Positions 15,155 through 24,283 of a stretch of 25,833 nucleotides of DNA are shown piece after piece. Below the pieces are notes generated by a model. It made no database searches. It saw only the letters and a list, made by a program, of their open reading frames with translations, and was not told where the DNA came from. This DNA is from a virus (taxonomy: Duplodnaviria > Caudoviricetes). Every line of letters starts with the position of its first letter. Within the stretch, counting starts at the first letter, position 1. The stretch covers positions 1-25,833 of IMG/VR virus record IMGVR_UViG_3300027756_000050, one strand, 5' to 3'. A program made the translations under genes and the position numbers.

Positions 15155-17801
15155 TCTTTCTATCCTCCTTCCACTCAGTTTCAAGATTTAGTGTTACTTT
15201 TTCTGGAAAAGAAGGACTCTCTGGTACACCAACCGTGTACCCAACAATTTTACGAACAATTACATCACCTCTAGGCTCTAAATCAGTTGCTAAACGCATT
15301 CTAACAAACTCATCATCAAGAATTATTGAGCACCAGTCTCCTGGGTAGTAAGAGCCAACAACAGGATCAAGAGATCCATTAACATCTATAGTAAAAGTTG
15401 CCTCTGGAGGCCTAGACTCTCCTAAAAAGTCTAAAGCATAGTCATATAAAGCCTCTTTACCAGCAGCAACAGTATTTACATCATTTTTTTCTTCCATCTC
15501 ATCTAAGAGCGGCCAACCTTGACTCAATAAATCTTTTGCAGCTGCTGCAGCATAAGGTTGGCTAGCAGTTCCATCTAATCCATCAGCAGAACCACCTACC
15601 CACATTCTAGTGGCAGATTTTTCTGCGTTTTCATTTAAAGTAAATTGAAAAATGTTCCCTGGATACTCAAAAACATATCGGTCAGCGCCTAAAACACTTA
15701 ATGGATGAACTACTCCTATATACCCCGTGGATGCAGTGGAGGGAACGTTGTTATTATAAGAGTAGAAGGTAAAAGTAGTTGCAGTAGGAGCGCTGACAAC
15801 AGCAAATGTTCCGTCAAATGATGAGCCAACATTTGTAACAACAGTCTCATCTCCTGCAACTAATCCATGGGCAGTGCTTGTAGTTATTGTTGCAATATTA
15901 GATGTTAGTTGTTTAAATGTTACAGCTATTCTTACAGGTGGGTCAGCAAAAGGAACAAAAGTAAATGTTCTAGTAAAACTATCATTTTCAAAATCACAAT
16001 CGATTCTGTACTCAAAGCCTTCGAGTTCTTGAGTAAACTCTTCTAATATATTTCCAAAAGACTCTAAATCAGAGCCTCTAAATACTTTATTACTTGACCC
16101 TAAATACTTCCCACTTAAATCTTCAGTAGAGTCTATGCCTACATCAGAGTTAGAAGAATAAGAGCCATAAGTTCCAGCAACTAATCTACCGCCCCAAGAA
16201 ACAGTTCCTCCAGAAACTGCTGTAGTAGCATAATTTAAACTAGAAAAAACTGTATATTTTAAAGTTTTAACATCTGGAGCCGATGCTACTACAAAATTAC
16301 CATCGTAGTCACTTCCTATATTTTCAACAACAATACTTTTACCTGCCACTATTCCGTGATTACTTGATGTAGTTAAGGTAACGCTTTTATAGGAAGCCTC
16401 ACCTGTATCGGCAGCAACAGCGGTACTACCAACATCAGAACTATCTACTGGTATTGTGAAAGTGGTACTGGTTGGTACCGATAAAACATTAGTAGTGCCA
16501 TTTAATACAGATTGAATTGTAAAACTCACAGTTTCAGAAGATATAGCAAATAAAGTTGGTTTGTTGAGAGTAACAGTAGTTCCAACTATTTTCTCAACAA
16601 TAGTATTAGCGCTAAGTTTTCCAACTATAGAAACTAACATTCCTGCTACTAAATTAGTAGCACTTGTAACTGTAAGGGTGGTAACTCCACTAGATGCAGA
16701 GGCTGTTTTACTATAAGAAACGCTGTTATCTAATTTTGATATGCTCACATAATCGCCTACTGCAAGCCCATGAGCAGAGCCTGTTGTAATAGTTGCAACA
16801 TTAGAGGAGACTGCTTTAAATGTTATAGGTAGAGTGGTAGTAGATATGCTTTTTGAAGTTACATCATAACTCGTGTATGCAGTTACGGCAGCAGTTGAGA
16901 TATTTACAGAACCAGTAACGCTATATTGAATAGTGGTACTAGTTGGGACTGCTGTAATAGTGCGATAGCCATCTAGTAAATCATCTACAGCTGCAATTTC
17001 AACAAGTTGACCTGGTATTAGGTCATGAGGTCTATCTAGGGTCAAAGTAGCAGTGCTTGAAACACAAAGCTTATTTGTTACTGTGTACTCTTCGTCCGTG
17101 GCTGGAAAATTTATACGCTCATCGCCATAAGCCTCGTCATGTAAAAAGTTATTTGTAACAAAATCTTCATTTAACCAGCCTAAAATATCCCTAGCAACAT
17201 CATAAGAATCAACAACAGTTCTAGCCTGACCTATATCCGATGGGCTTAAAGAGAGCGTCGCAGCGGAGACAAAAGAAAAACTTGAAGCAGATGGAATCGC
17301 TGTTATTACATGAGTACCATTTAAAGCATTATTTAGCGCATAAACCTTTACAACATCTCCTACTAAAAATTCATGGTCTGTACTAGTGTAGATAGTTGCT
17401 GTACCAGAGGCTGCTTGGTATTTGCTACAGTAATAAGGCTCACTTCCATAATAAAGAGTTTGCCATACCATTCTATGATACAAATAACTTATAAACTCCG
17501 CGCCATCAACAGTTAACTTTTTATCAAGAGGAGAGTAGCTTCTACTCCATATAATTCCGCCCCAGACGCATACGCCATTTCTAAGAATATATATTGCTGT
17601 TTTTCCTGGCATAGTGTTCTCATATAGATTTAAATGAGCGTTTGCTTCAACTACAGGAATTGACCCAGAAAATGAACCTGCTTTACTCAGAGCCCTTCCG
17701 TAGGTGACATCTACAAATGGTATCTCTGACAACACGGTGTTTGTAAGTAAATCTACAGCGTAGTATCGATAATCAGCTGAGGTAATTTCATTAGTTGTCA
17801 T
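15147..17801 (-). CDS. Minor tail hub protein (ReqiPepy6 Gp37-like/Tal position) with five inserted 'T-x3-HG' beta domains
   Basis: Follows distal tail gene; YRYYAVDLLT..AGSFSG..RNGVCVWGGIIW..FISYLYHR, GFEYRID, FEYPGNI, GWPLLD, YYPGDWC core motifs interrupted by repeats. Confidence 0.8.
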   Translation of the reverse strand: MTTNEITSADYRYYAVDLLTNTVLSEIPFVDVTYGRALSKAGSFSGSIPVVEANAHLNLYENTMPGKTAIYILRNGVCVWGGIIWSRSYSPLDKKLTVDGAEFISYLYHRMVWQTLYYGSEPYYCSKYQAASGTATIYTSTDHEFLVGDVVKVYALNNALNGTHVITAIPSASSFSFVSAATLSLSPSDIGQARTVVDSYDVARDILGWLNEDFVTNNFLHDEAYGDERINFPATDEEYTVTNKLCVSSTATLTLDRPHDLIPGQLVEIAAVDDLLDGYRTITAVPTSTTIQYSVTGSVNISTAAVTAYTSYDVTSKSISTTTLPITFKAVSSNVATITTGSAHGLAVGDYVSISKLDNSVSYSKTASASSGVTTLTVTSATNLVAGMLVSIVGKLSANTIVEKIVGTTVTLNKPTLFAISSETVSFTIQSVLNGTTNVLSVPTSTTFTIPVDSSDVGSTAVAADTGEASYKSVTLTTSSNHGIVAGKSIVVENIGSDYDGNFVVASAPDVKTLKYTVFSSLNYATTAVSGGTVSWGGRLVAGTYGSYSSNSDVGIDSTEDLSGKYLGSSNKVFRGSDLESFGNILEEFTQELEGFEYRIDCDFENDSFTRTFTFVPFADPPVRIAVTFKQLTSNIATITTSTAHGLVAGDETVVTNVGSSFDGTFAVVSAPTATTFTFYSYNNNVPSTASTGYIGVVHPLSVLGADRYVFEYPGNIFQFTLNENAEKSATRMWVGGSADGLDGTASQPYAAAAAKDLLSQGWPLLDEMEEKNDVNTVAAGKEALYDYALDFLGESRPPEATFTIDVNGSLDPVVGSYYPGDWCSIILDDEFVRMRLATDLEPRGDVIVRKIVGYTVGVPESPSFPEKVTLNLETEWKEDRKNV

Positions 17802-17825
17802 TTTATTTCCTTAAGTTTTTTAAGT

Positions 17826-19472
17826 TTAAGCAAGCCATCCAGAGCGATAGTCTACAGATAAAGTAGCCGTTGAACTGACAGTACTGCCTGCGTCATAAAA
17901 ACTAATTGTATTATTACCTGGATACAAATTAATCCAATCATTGTACACTTCTAATTTTGCTCTTGCTCCCAAATACTCTCCATTTAAGAATACAGACCTG
18001 TCGTAGGTGTTGATTTCTAAAGTATCTGGGCCATAAGTAAGAGTTCCACTTCCAGCTCCATAAGCCACATTAGAGCCAGTTGCCCCATATGTAAATGTAG
18101 TAGTTGTAGGGACACTAAGTACTACAACTTCCCCACTATAGGGAGAGCCAAGACCAGAAATGGTCACAACATCGCCAACAACTAATCCGTGAGTGGCAGT
18201 AGTTGAGAGGGTCACTAAATTATCAGTTAAGCCTCTATTATTAATTGTCTTAGTAGTGACATCTCTTAAAGTCCCTGTAATAGTAATGAGTTCTTCAGCA
18301 GTGTCGTTAGATATCACCGTTGGACCAACTAGTGGACCAGTAATAGTCAGATATACGCTAACAGGATAGTTACCTTCGTTTTCTATAATCTCGGTGCCAT
18401 CAGCTGCTGGAGACGATGCTTCACATGGTATTAATACGTTTTCATACCCGTAGATGGAGTCTTCTGTATTCCACTTATACTTTATAGGATCTGCTGCTCT
18501 GAGTCCGATAGAGAACTCGGTGCGCCCGCGAGCATTTACTGTCTGTATTTCTGGGTCTCCGCTTAACCTTACATAAGATGCTTTAGTGTAAGAGCCTTCA
18601 TCTGTTTTAAGCCATGCACCTGTATAAACTAGATTTGTAGCGGCAACAAATCTATCTCTAGCAGCAGCAAGTAAATCAGGGTCTGGGGTCAAAATGACAC
18701 CTTCAAAAGTTATATTTCTTGCGTTGTATTTACCTTTAACATCGTATGAACCATCTCCCCAGCCTCTAGATACCTCAGGTATTGTAGGAGAAGGATGTTG
18801 CCACCAACCACCAATATCGGTAACTACCCAAACAACTCCATACTCATCAACTGTATTAAAAGTAAAATCATTTAAAGATATATCTGCCTGTAACTTCATT
18901 CCCGTTAAATGAGGCTGTGGGAGTGGAGTAAGAGCAAGATCAACGGACTTGTTTTCAGCCGCCTGCGTTATGTCGTCAAAATATTCTCCGACATAGGAGG
19001 CAGCCTCAAACAAAAATGCATCTGCATAAAATTTCTTACTGACCGTACCAGCTAAGGGTTGAACAACTGAGACTAACGCTCCAAGGGCTAATGCAGGTGC
19101 AGTCATTACGCCGACTAGTCTTACCCAATCGTTGCCTGGGAGGCTCTCTAAACCTGTTGTAGAGGTTGTGGAGATAAGGCTGCCGCCTGTCAGAGCGGTA
19201 TACCAGCTAACGTTAATTTGTAGGGTGCCTGTCTCTTGCCCTTCAGGAACCTTTACATATACAGAAACGGCATAGGAGTTAGCAGCGCTCACAGAGATAC
19301 GAGATGCAATTACTGCCCCCGAGTTTGTAGTTGCGGCCTTTGTAATCTCAAGACAGGAAGAGCCAGAAAATGAGTCTGTGGTGATACGGGCAATCGTTGA
19401 AGACCCTGTTGCAGACCAGCCAGTCGTATTTGTCTTAAACGAAGGGTTGACGATTAAGTTATCTCTTGCCAT
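17826..19472 (-). CDS. Distal tail protein (Dit-like) with N-terminal CBM4/9-like domain and one inserted 'HG' domain
   Basis: Directly after tape measure gene; NLIVNPSF..GW..FYADAFLFE domain; ARNITFEG, LRAADPIKY, NEGNYPV, LYPGNNTISF, YRSGW Dit motifs. Start placed at ATG 19472, 1 nt after TMP stop. Confidence 0.82.
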   Translation of the reverse strand: MARDNLIVNPSFKTNTTGWSATGSSTIARITTDSFSGSSCLEITKAATTNSGAVIASRISVSAANSYAVSVYVKVPEGQETGTLQINVSWYTALTGGSLISTTSTTGLESLPGNDWVRLVGVMTAPALALGALVSVVQPLAGTVSKKFYADAFLFEAASYVGEYFDDITQAAENKSVDLALTPLPQPHLTGMKLQADISLNDFTFNTVDEYGVVWVVTDIGGWWQHPSPTIPEVSRGWGDGSYDVKGKYNARNITFEGVILTPDPDLLAAARDRFVAATNLVYTGAWLKTDEGSYTKASYVRLSGDPEIQTVNARGRTEFSIGLRAADPIKYKWNTEDSIYGYENVLIPCEASSPAADGTEIIENEGNYPVSVYLTITGPLVGPTVISNDTAEELITITGTLRDVTTKTINNRGLTDNLVTLSTTATHGLVVGDVVTISGLGSPYSGEVVVLSVPTTTTFTYGATGSNVAYGAGSGTLTYGPDTLEINTYDRSVFLNGEYLGARAKLEVYNDWINLYPGNNTISFYDAGSTVSSTATLSVDYRSGWLA

Positions 19473-19473
19473 C

Positions 19474-22400
19474 TTATGCAGCTCCCTTACGAAGTTGGAA
19501 AGCAATCTGACGAGAGACAATAGAGGCAAGTTCTCTTTCGTCCATACCAGCAGAAGGATTTACTGTTACGTTTACAGTTGTTCCCTGTCCAGATATACGA
19601 TCAATAATTGCTCTATCGCGAACAGATAGACCAGTAGGGTCTAAAGGTTCAATACGCTCTGGGCGACCTGCCTCTGCTACACGAGCAATAACTCCACCTT
19701 CTCGTGGAGCAACAATTCCTCCCTCTGCAAAACTTGCTAGATTAATACGAGGAAGGTTAGGAACCTTAAACGTGTTTCCACCAATAATTGGAACCCACTT
19801 AGGGACAGTAAAACTAAACTTTCCAACCGAGTTATTCCATGCATCTGAAATAGCGTTTATAACTGCAACAAAAGGAGCAAGAATTGATTTAATTGTATTC
19901 TTAATAGCGCTAAATGCCGCTGAGAAAGACTTTTTCATAGAGTCAGCAGCACCTTCGGTGTTGCCTGTAAGAAGTTGGAAGATTCCCTTTACAAAATACC
20001 ACACGGCCTTGAAGGCTTCAATAATTCCACCAATGACATAGATAACTTTTTGAATTGCTCCAGAAAGAACACCAATGGCTCTAACAAGAATAAAACTTAA
20101 AATAGGAACAAGGGTTACTGCTAAGAAGTTTCCAACGCTCTCAAAAAGAGAGCCAACACTTTTAATTGATGGCATTATGCTCTCAATTGCTCCCATAATA
20201 TCTTTGAATGCTCCTTTAAGAGCACCAAGAGCGCCGTCCACCAAAAGCATAAATGCTTCCCTAAGTTTTTCACTTTTTATAAATAAAAGTGCAATAACAG
20301 CAACTACCGCAGCGATAACGGCAGCAATAGCAATAAGAGGCCCTAAAGCAATTCCAGTGGCAGTAGATATCGCACCAAATGCAGTACCAATAAATTGCAA
20401 TGGTTTTAGTATTTGAGCAAAAGCGCCGATAAGAACTTTAGCAAAAAATCCGCCAACTTTAGCAAGGAGACCAAAGGCAGCAAGAAGAGGAAGAATCTGA
20501 GCAGAAAGTTCAAGAATACGCTGACCTAGTTCTGAACGTAAAAAATTATTTAAAAATACAAAAGCAGTTTTTAATGTCTCAAAGAAGATTGTTACAGAGC
20601 CAGCCTCTGTAACTAGTTCTATAAATTTAGCAAACTCTATTAGGAAGCCACCAAATGCTGGAAGCGATGCGTCTAAGTTTTCTCCAACTCGTTGGAATAT
20701 GTCCGTCACAACGTTTAGTTGATCTAGGAAAATGCCAAGGCCTTTATTATCGGCTAAAGTAATAAATCCGCCAATTATATTGCCAAGAAGAGTTAAAAGT
20801 TTTGTTCCATTTTCAGCGGCATCGGCAAAGAAGTCTTTTAGAGGACGTCCATCAATTTCGGTTATGTTCTTAAATCTTCCAGTTACTTCTTTTAGATAAT
20901 CTAAAAATATCTGTCCACCACTACCTGGACCAACGTTGGCAGAGATAATTTTTCCTAAGCCACCAAATACGTTTCCAAAAATCTTACCTAAATCTTTTAG
21001 GATTCCTTTAGCAATTTGAAACTTATCGTTGAGTTTCTCTACACCTTCTTTAGTGTTAAGAGTCTCTTTATATGCTCCAGTTACAGTAGCAATCCACTTA
21101 GAAAACTCTTCTGTAAGAGGGCGAGCAGTGTCAAGAAGGATTAAAAAAATCTCGTAAAGGTTAGTTGCGGCATCACCAAAGTTGGTCAATACTTTATCGT
21201 TAGATTTCCAAATTCTTTCCAGTCTTTCTAAATTTTCCCCTTTAGTGACTGCTTCGGAAAACTTTACAGCAATTCTTCCAATTACATCGCCAGTCTCTTT
21301 AAGAAGTGGGATTAGTCTTGGAAATAGTTTAGTTCTAAGATTTTCTAAAGCAGTTTCCAACTGTGGAAATAGCTTTTCACCCGCTGCTGCTTTTAAGTCT
21401 TTAAGTGCTGGTATAAAAGTGTTAACCATGTATTCAGCAAAGGCTCTTGCCTCTTTTGATAACTCTGCTAAGGCGTCAGCATAAGCATCTGTTGCGTCTT
21501 TGTTGTTTTTTATATCATTGACGGCTTCTGCTGCCTCATCACGTGCTTCAGTGGCACTGAGAATTGAACGCTCATTGTCTTTTATTGTTTCGTTATAGCC
21601 ATTAGTAGCATCTTTTACTGCCTCTAAAGCACTAACAACATTTTCTTGACCATCAACAAGAGCTTGCGGACCCTTTTTAGCAAGTTCAGCATTTTTGGCT
21701 TCTGTCTTTTTTAAGTCATTATTAGCATCAATTGCTTTTCTATAATTTAAATCCGCCTGAGCAAAAGCAAGTTCTGCTTCTTTACGAGCACGAGAGTTTG
21801 GTGGAAGGTCTGATACGCGAGCCAAAGACTCACGTGCTTTTTCTAACTCAAGTGCAGCCTTTTGTTCTGCAATAGCAGCATCTTCTGATTCAAAACCAAT
21901 TTGCTGTAACTGTTCAATTGCTTGTTCACGAGCATCAAATAATTCTTTTTCAGCATCAATAATCTGTTTCTTTGCTTTTTTCTCTCTAGTTGCAGCATCT
22001 TCATAAGCATCTGCTAGCGCCCTCTGTGCTTTAGTGAGCCTATCTTCTGCTTTTTCAAGTGCTTTTGATTTATCTGCCCCAGCTTTTTTGGCTTTAGTTC
22101 CAAGTCCAATTGCCTTGCCAACTCCAGAGAAGGCTAATTTAAGAGTGATAGCCGCCTGAGCAACAGCGGTAAAGCTTTGCCCAAGAACCGCCAAAGCCGG
22201 TAAAGTCGCAGCCGAAATAACTGAACCGAGAGAAAGTAAAGATGTTCCAAGTAATCCAATAATGCCACCAAGGGCGGCTAAAATTGGTTGAAGAGCAAAA
22301 CCTTTTCGTGTTAGAGATGAAAACGCTTCTTTAGCTGCAACGCTTTGCTTAATAAGGTTGCCAAACATATTTCCACTATTATTGCGTCTAAATCCTTTTT

Positions 22401-22533
22401 GAAAAGACCTACCAACATCATTTCCTGCTTGGTCACCAATACGATCAGTTCCCTTAAAAGCATTTTTAATGTCTTTTTCAACGCCAGTAGTGATGGCCCG
22501 AACAACTATAAATGCATCACCTACAACTGCCAC
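19474..22533 (-). CDS. Tape measure protein
   Basis: 1019 aa helical Ala/Leu/Gly-rich protein with coiled-coil and hydrophobic segments, C-terminal FAEGGIV..VAEAGRPE motif; follows chaperone pair; GGAGGTG RBS before GTG. Confidence 0.93.
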   Translation of the reverse strand: MAVVGDAFIVVRAITTGVEKDIKNAFKGTDRIGDQAGNDVGRSFQKGFRRNNSGNMFGNLIKQSVAAKEAFSSLTRKGFALQPILAALGGIIGLLGTSLLSLGSVISAATLPALAVLGQSFTAVAQAAITLKLAFSGVGKAIGLGTKAKKAGADKSKALEKAEDRLTKAQRALADAYEDAATREKKAKKQIIDAEKELFDAREQAIEQLQQIGFESEDAAIAEQKAALELEKARESLARVSDLPPNSRARKEAELAFAQADLNYRKAIDANNDLKKTEAKNAELAKKGPQALVDGQENVVSALEAVKDATNGYNETIKDNERSILSATEARDEAAEAVNDIKNNKDATDAYADALAELSKEARAFAEYMVNTFIPALKDLKAAAGEKLFPQLETALENLRTKLFPRLIPLLKETGDVIGRIAVKFSEAVTKGENLERLERIWKSNDKVLTNFGDAATNLYEIFLILLDTARPLTEEFSKWIATVTGAYKETLNTKEGVEKLNDKFQIAKGILKDLGKIFGNVFGGLGKIISANVGPGSGGQIFLDYLKEVTGRFKNITEIDGRPLKDFFADAAENGTKLLTLLGNIIGGFITLADNKGLGIFLDQLNVVTDIFQRVGENLDASLPAFGGFLIEFAKFIELVTEAGSVTIFFETLKTAFVFLNNFLRSELGQRILELSAQILPLLAAFGLLAKVGGFFAKVLIGAFAQILKPLQFIGTAFGAISTATGIALGPLIAIAAVIAAVVAVIALLFIKSEKLREAFMLLVDGALGALKGAFKDIMGAIESIMPSIKSVGSLFESVGNFLAVTLVPILSFILVRAIGVLSGAIQKVIYVIGGIIEAFKAVWYFVKGIFQLLTGNTEGAADSMKKSFSAAFSAIKNTIKSILAPFVAVINAISDAWNNSVGKFSFTVPKWVPIIGGNTFKVPNLPRINLASFAEGGIVAPREGGVIARVAEAGRPERIEPLDPTGLSVRDRAIIDRISGQGTTVNVTVNPSAGMDERELASIVSRQIAFQLRKGAA

Positions 22534-22555
22534 GTGCCATCACCTCCCGACATTC

Positions 22556-22897
22556 TTAGCCCAACGGGCCGTCTAGTAACTTTCCAAATGGTTTTGGAGA
22601 GTTTTCATTAATCTCTGTAGCAGGAACAAATGGTTTTACTGGTGCCTTCTTCGGGTCAAACGGAGTTATATCGCTATAATCCATTGGAGCGTTTTCAAAG
22701 TCACCAGATTGCTCATTTGAACTTCCACCATATGTATAAGTTTTGTCATAAAACTCTCTATACATAATCTTTCTAATCTTGTTCTTTGCGTCAATTTGTT
22801 CTCCACTAACAGCGTTAGTAAAATCTTCTTCAAATAAGACGTGTATAACGTCTAACATTTCAGAAGAAGACAACTCAGAAAGCTGTAGGCCGCTCAT
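22556..22897 (-). CDS. Tail assembly chaperone, downstream (gpT-like) part, probably expressed as a -1 frameshift fusion with 22930-23283
   Basis: In the -1 frame relative to the upstream gene and open across its 3' end with protein-like sequence ARGLLEWAVDLWPYVNGKALMSG; immediately precedes TMP. Confidence 0.75.
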   Translation of the reverse strand: MSGLQLSELSSSEMLDVIHVLFEEDFTNAVSGEQIDAKNKIRKIMYREFYDKTYTYGGSSNEQSGDFENAPMDYSDITPFDPKKAPVKPFVPATEINENSPKPFGKLLDGPLG

Positions 22898-22919
22898 TAG
22901 TGCTTTTCCATTGACATAA

Positions 22920-22971
22920 GGCCAAAGGTCTACTGCCCACTCAAGGAGTCCTCTGGCCCCGGCGTAGGGCG
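22920..22971 (-). promoter_or_regulatory. Candidate programmed -1 frameshift signal (CGC CCT ACG plus downstream stem-loop)
   Basis: C-CCT-AC at 22964-22969 followed 5 nt later by a GGCCAGAGG/CCTTTGGCC 9-bp stem (22958-22950 with 22928-22920) enclosing an ACTC-CTT-GAGT hairpin. Confidence 0.6.
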
Positions 22972-23283
22972 GCTTGAATATTGCTCCACTAACCAGGAAG
23001 TAAGTTCTCCTAACGTTTCTACAGTTACGATTTTTTCTGAATCTTCTAGCAGAGCATTAAAACGAACAAGGCTTTCTTCAATTAACGCTTTTGAAAAAAA
23101 AGTTTCAATCAAATTGTTTGCAATTGCGCTTTCATTGCCTGACTGAGCAGTAGCAACCATGTCCAAAAGAACTTTTCCTTGGAGTGCTGGTTTGCAGTGA
23201 AATTCCTCCCCATGGAGTTTGAAAGAAAGGGGTTCTGAAACTTTGTCACCAGCACCAAAATCCCTAAATCTTGTATTTGTCAT
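22930..23283 (-). CDS. Tail assembly chaperone (gpG-like)
   Basis: 117 aa, two ORFs upstream of TMP; FKLHGEEFHC and WLVEQYSSRPT; GAGGA RBS. Confidence 0.82.
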   Translation of the reverse strand: MTNTRFRDFGAGDKVSEPLSFKLHGEEFHCKPALQGKVLLDMVATAQSGNESAIANNLIETFFSKALIEESLVRFNALLEDSEKIVTVETLGELTSWLVEQYSSRPTPGPEDSLSGQ

Positions 23284-23342
23284 CTTTGTTTTTCCTCGTT
23301 TCTCGTGTGTCTTTATCTACTATTGACATAGTAAACTGCTAA

Positions 23343-23726
23343 CTATTTTACCAACTTTAAGTTGTCAGTAAGATAGCGATTTGCCTTTGTTCCAGGGTGC
23401 ATAACTGCGTGGGCATAAACCACACGGCCCCTGCTAACAAACCTAAGTACCGTTGCCCTATCGGGAACGATGATATGAGGCTTAGTTCCCTCATGATGAA
23501 GTAGTGCATAGTTCAAAGATGAGCCAATTTTTACAAATTGACCTCTAGAATCACGCAAGTGGCGCATATGAATAGAAGAACGAAGTGCTCCAGTTCTAAC
23601 TCCAACTTGAGCCTTAGCAGCAGCCTGAACTATTCTTCCCTTCTTCGCTAGATATTTTCCGACATCTCCCGAAGGGTTATTGAGCATAAAATCTAACTCT
23701 GTTTTTCTAATAACTACTGTTGCCAT
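23343..23726 (-). CDS. HK97 gp10-like tail/neck component
   Basis: Basic protein with GVRTGALRSSI, YALLHHEGT and HPGTKANRYL motifs. Confidence 0.8.
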   Translation of the reverse strand: MATVVIRKTELDFMLNNPSGDVGKYLAKKGRIVQAAAKAQVGVRTGALRSSIHMRHLRDSRGQFVKIGSSLNYALLHHEGTKPHIIVPDRATVLRFVSRGRVVYAHAVMHPGTKANRYLTDNLKLVK

Positions 23727-23727
23727 T

Positions 23728-24234
23728 TTACGGAACCGCCGCAGTCAGGGTCAAAGTTACAGTTTGAAAACCACCTTCAGGGGCAGCAACTTCAACAGTT
23801 GCGATAACTCCAAGGCCAAAGCCAGAGGCCTCCCAAGTATCTAACTGAGAAGCGCTATCTAGTAAAATCCATGCATCATAGGCAGTAATTTCTGAAGAAC
23901 TTTCTATTGTTTCAGCAGAAGGTGGTCTACCGTTTTGACCAACTACTGGCACTGCCCTTGATACGGAAACATTAATTGTCGCACTCCGTGGGTCGCTACA
24001 TCTACGAGGCTGAGTCGCTTCATCACCTGGAGCACCAACATACATCTGCACAAAAGAAACAACTACTTGTTCGCAATCAACTACAGGTTGACCTAGTGTG
24101 TAGTATCTACGCAGAGGAAGTGGCATAGTGTAGGAAGCGTAAGAAGTGACAACTTGAGTAAGAACTGCGTCTAAAAATACAGCAAGATTTTTGGCACTGC
24201 TACTAACAGTTGCCTTATTTATTGCTGTCGACAT
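23728..24234 (-). CDS. Putative tail terminator / head-tail connector protein
   Basis: Position between adaptor and gp10-like gene; DCEQVVV, VSVSRAVP, PEGG motifs; AGGAG RBS. Confidence 0.6.
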   Translation of the reverse strand: MSTAINKATVSSSAKNLAVFLDAVLTQVVTSYASYTMPLPLRRYYTLGQPVVDCEQVVVSFVQMYVGAPGDEATQPRRCSDPRSATINVSVSRAVPVVGQNGRPPSAETIESSSEITAYDAWILLDSASQLDTWEASGFGLGVIATVEVAAPEGGFQTVTLTLTAAVP

Positions 24235-24241
24235 TTGTCTC

Positions 24242-24283
24242 TCCTACTTGTTGTATATATCCTACTTGTTGTATATATCCTAC
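24242..24283. repeat. Intergenic 18-bp perfect tandem repeat (TCCTACTTGTTGTATATA x2.3)
   Basis: Copies at 24242-24259 and 24260-24277, partial 24278-24283; includes upstream stop codon and downstream RBS. Confidence 0.92.

Noticed and set aside
19473-19529. ORF-track N-terminal extension of the distal tail gene (likewise 15155-15184 for the fibre gene)
   Set aside because: Overlaps the upstream gene; downstream ATGs at 19472 and 15154 fit translational coupling better
4449-22505. Minus-strand alternative-frame ORFs 4449-4637, 13200-13484 and 22311-22505
   Set aside because: Nested in or almost wholly overlapping strong genes in another frame, with no motifs
1017-22611. All plus-strand ORFs in the track (e.g. 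1132-1377, 4333-4647, 14004-14288, 20075-20416, 21182-21484)
   Set aside because: Antisense shadows of well-supported minus-strand genes, with no recognisable motifs
23094-23101. T-TTT-TTT canonical slippery heptamer in the chaperone gene
   Set aside because: The -1 frame hits TGA at about 23078-23080 and TAA again soon after, so it cannot produce the G-T fusion
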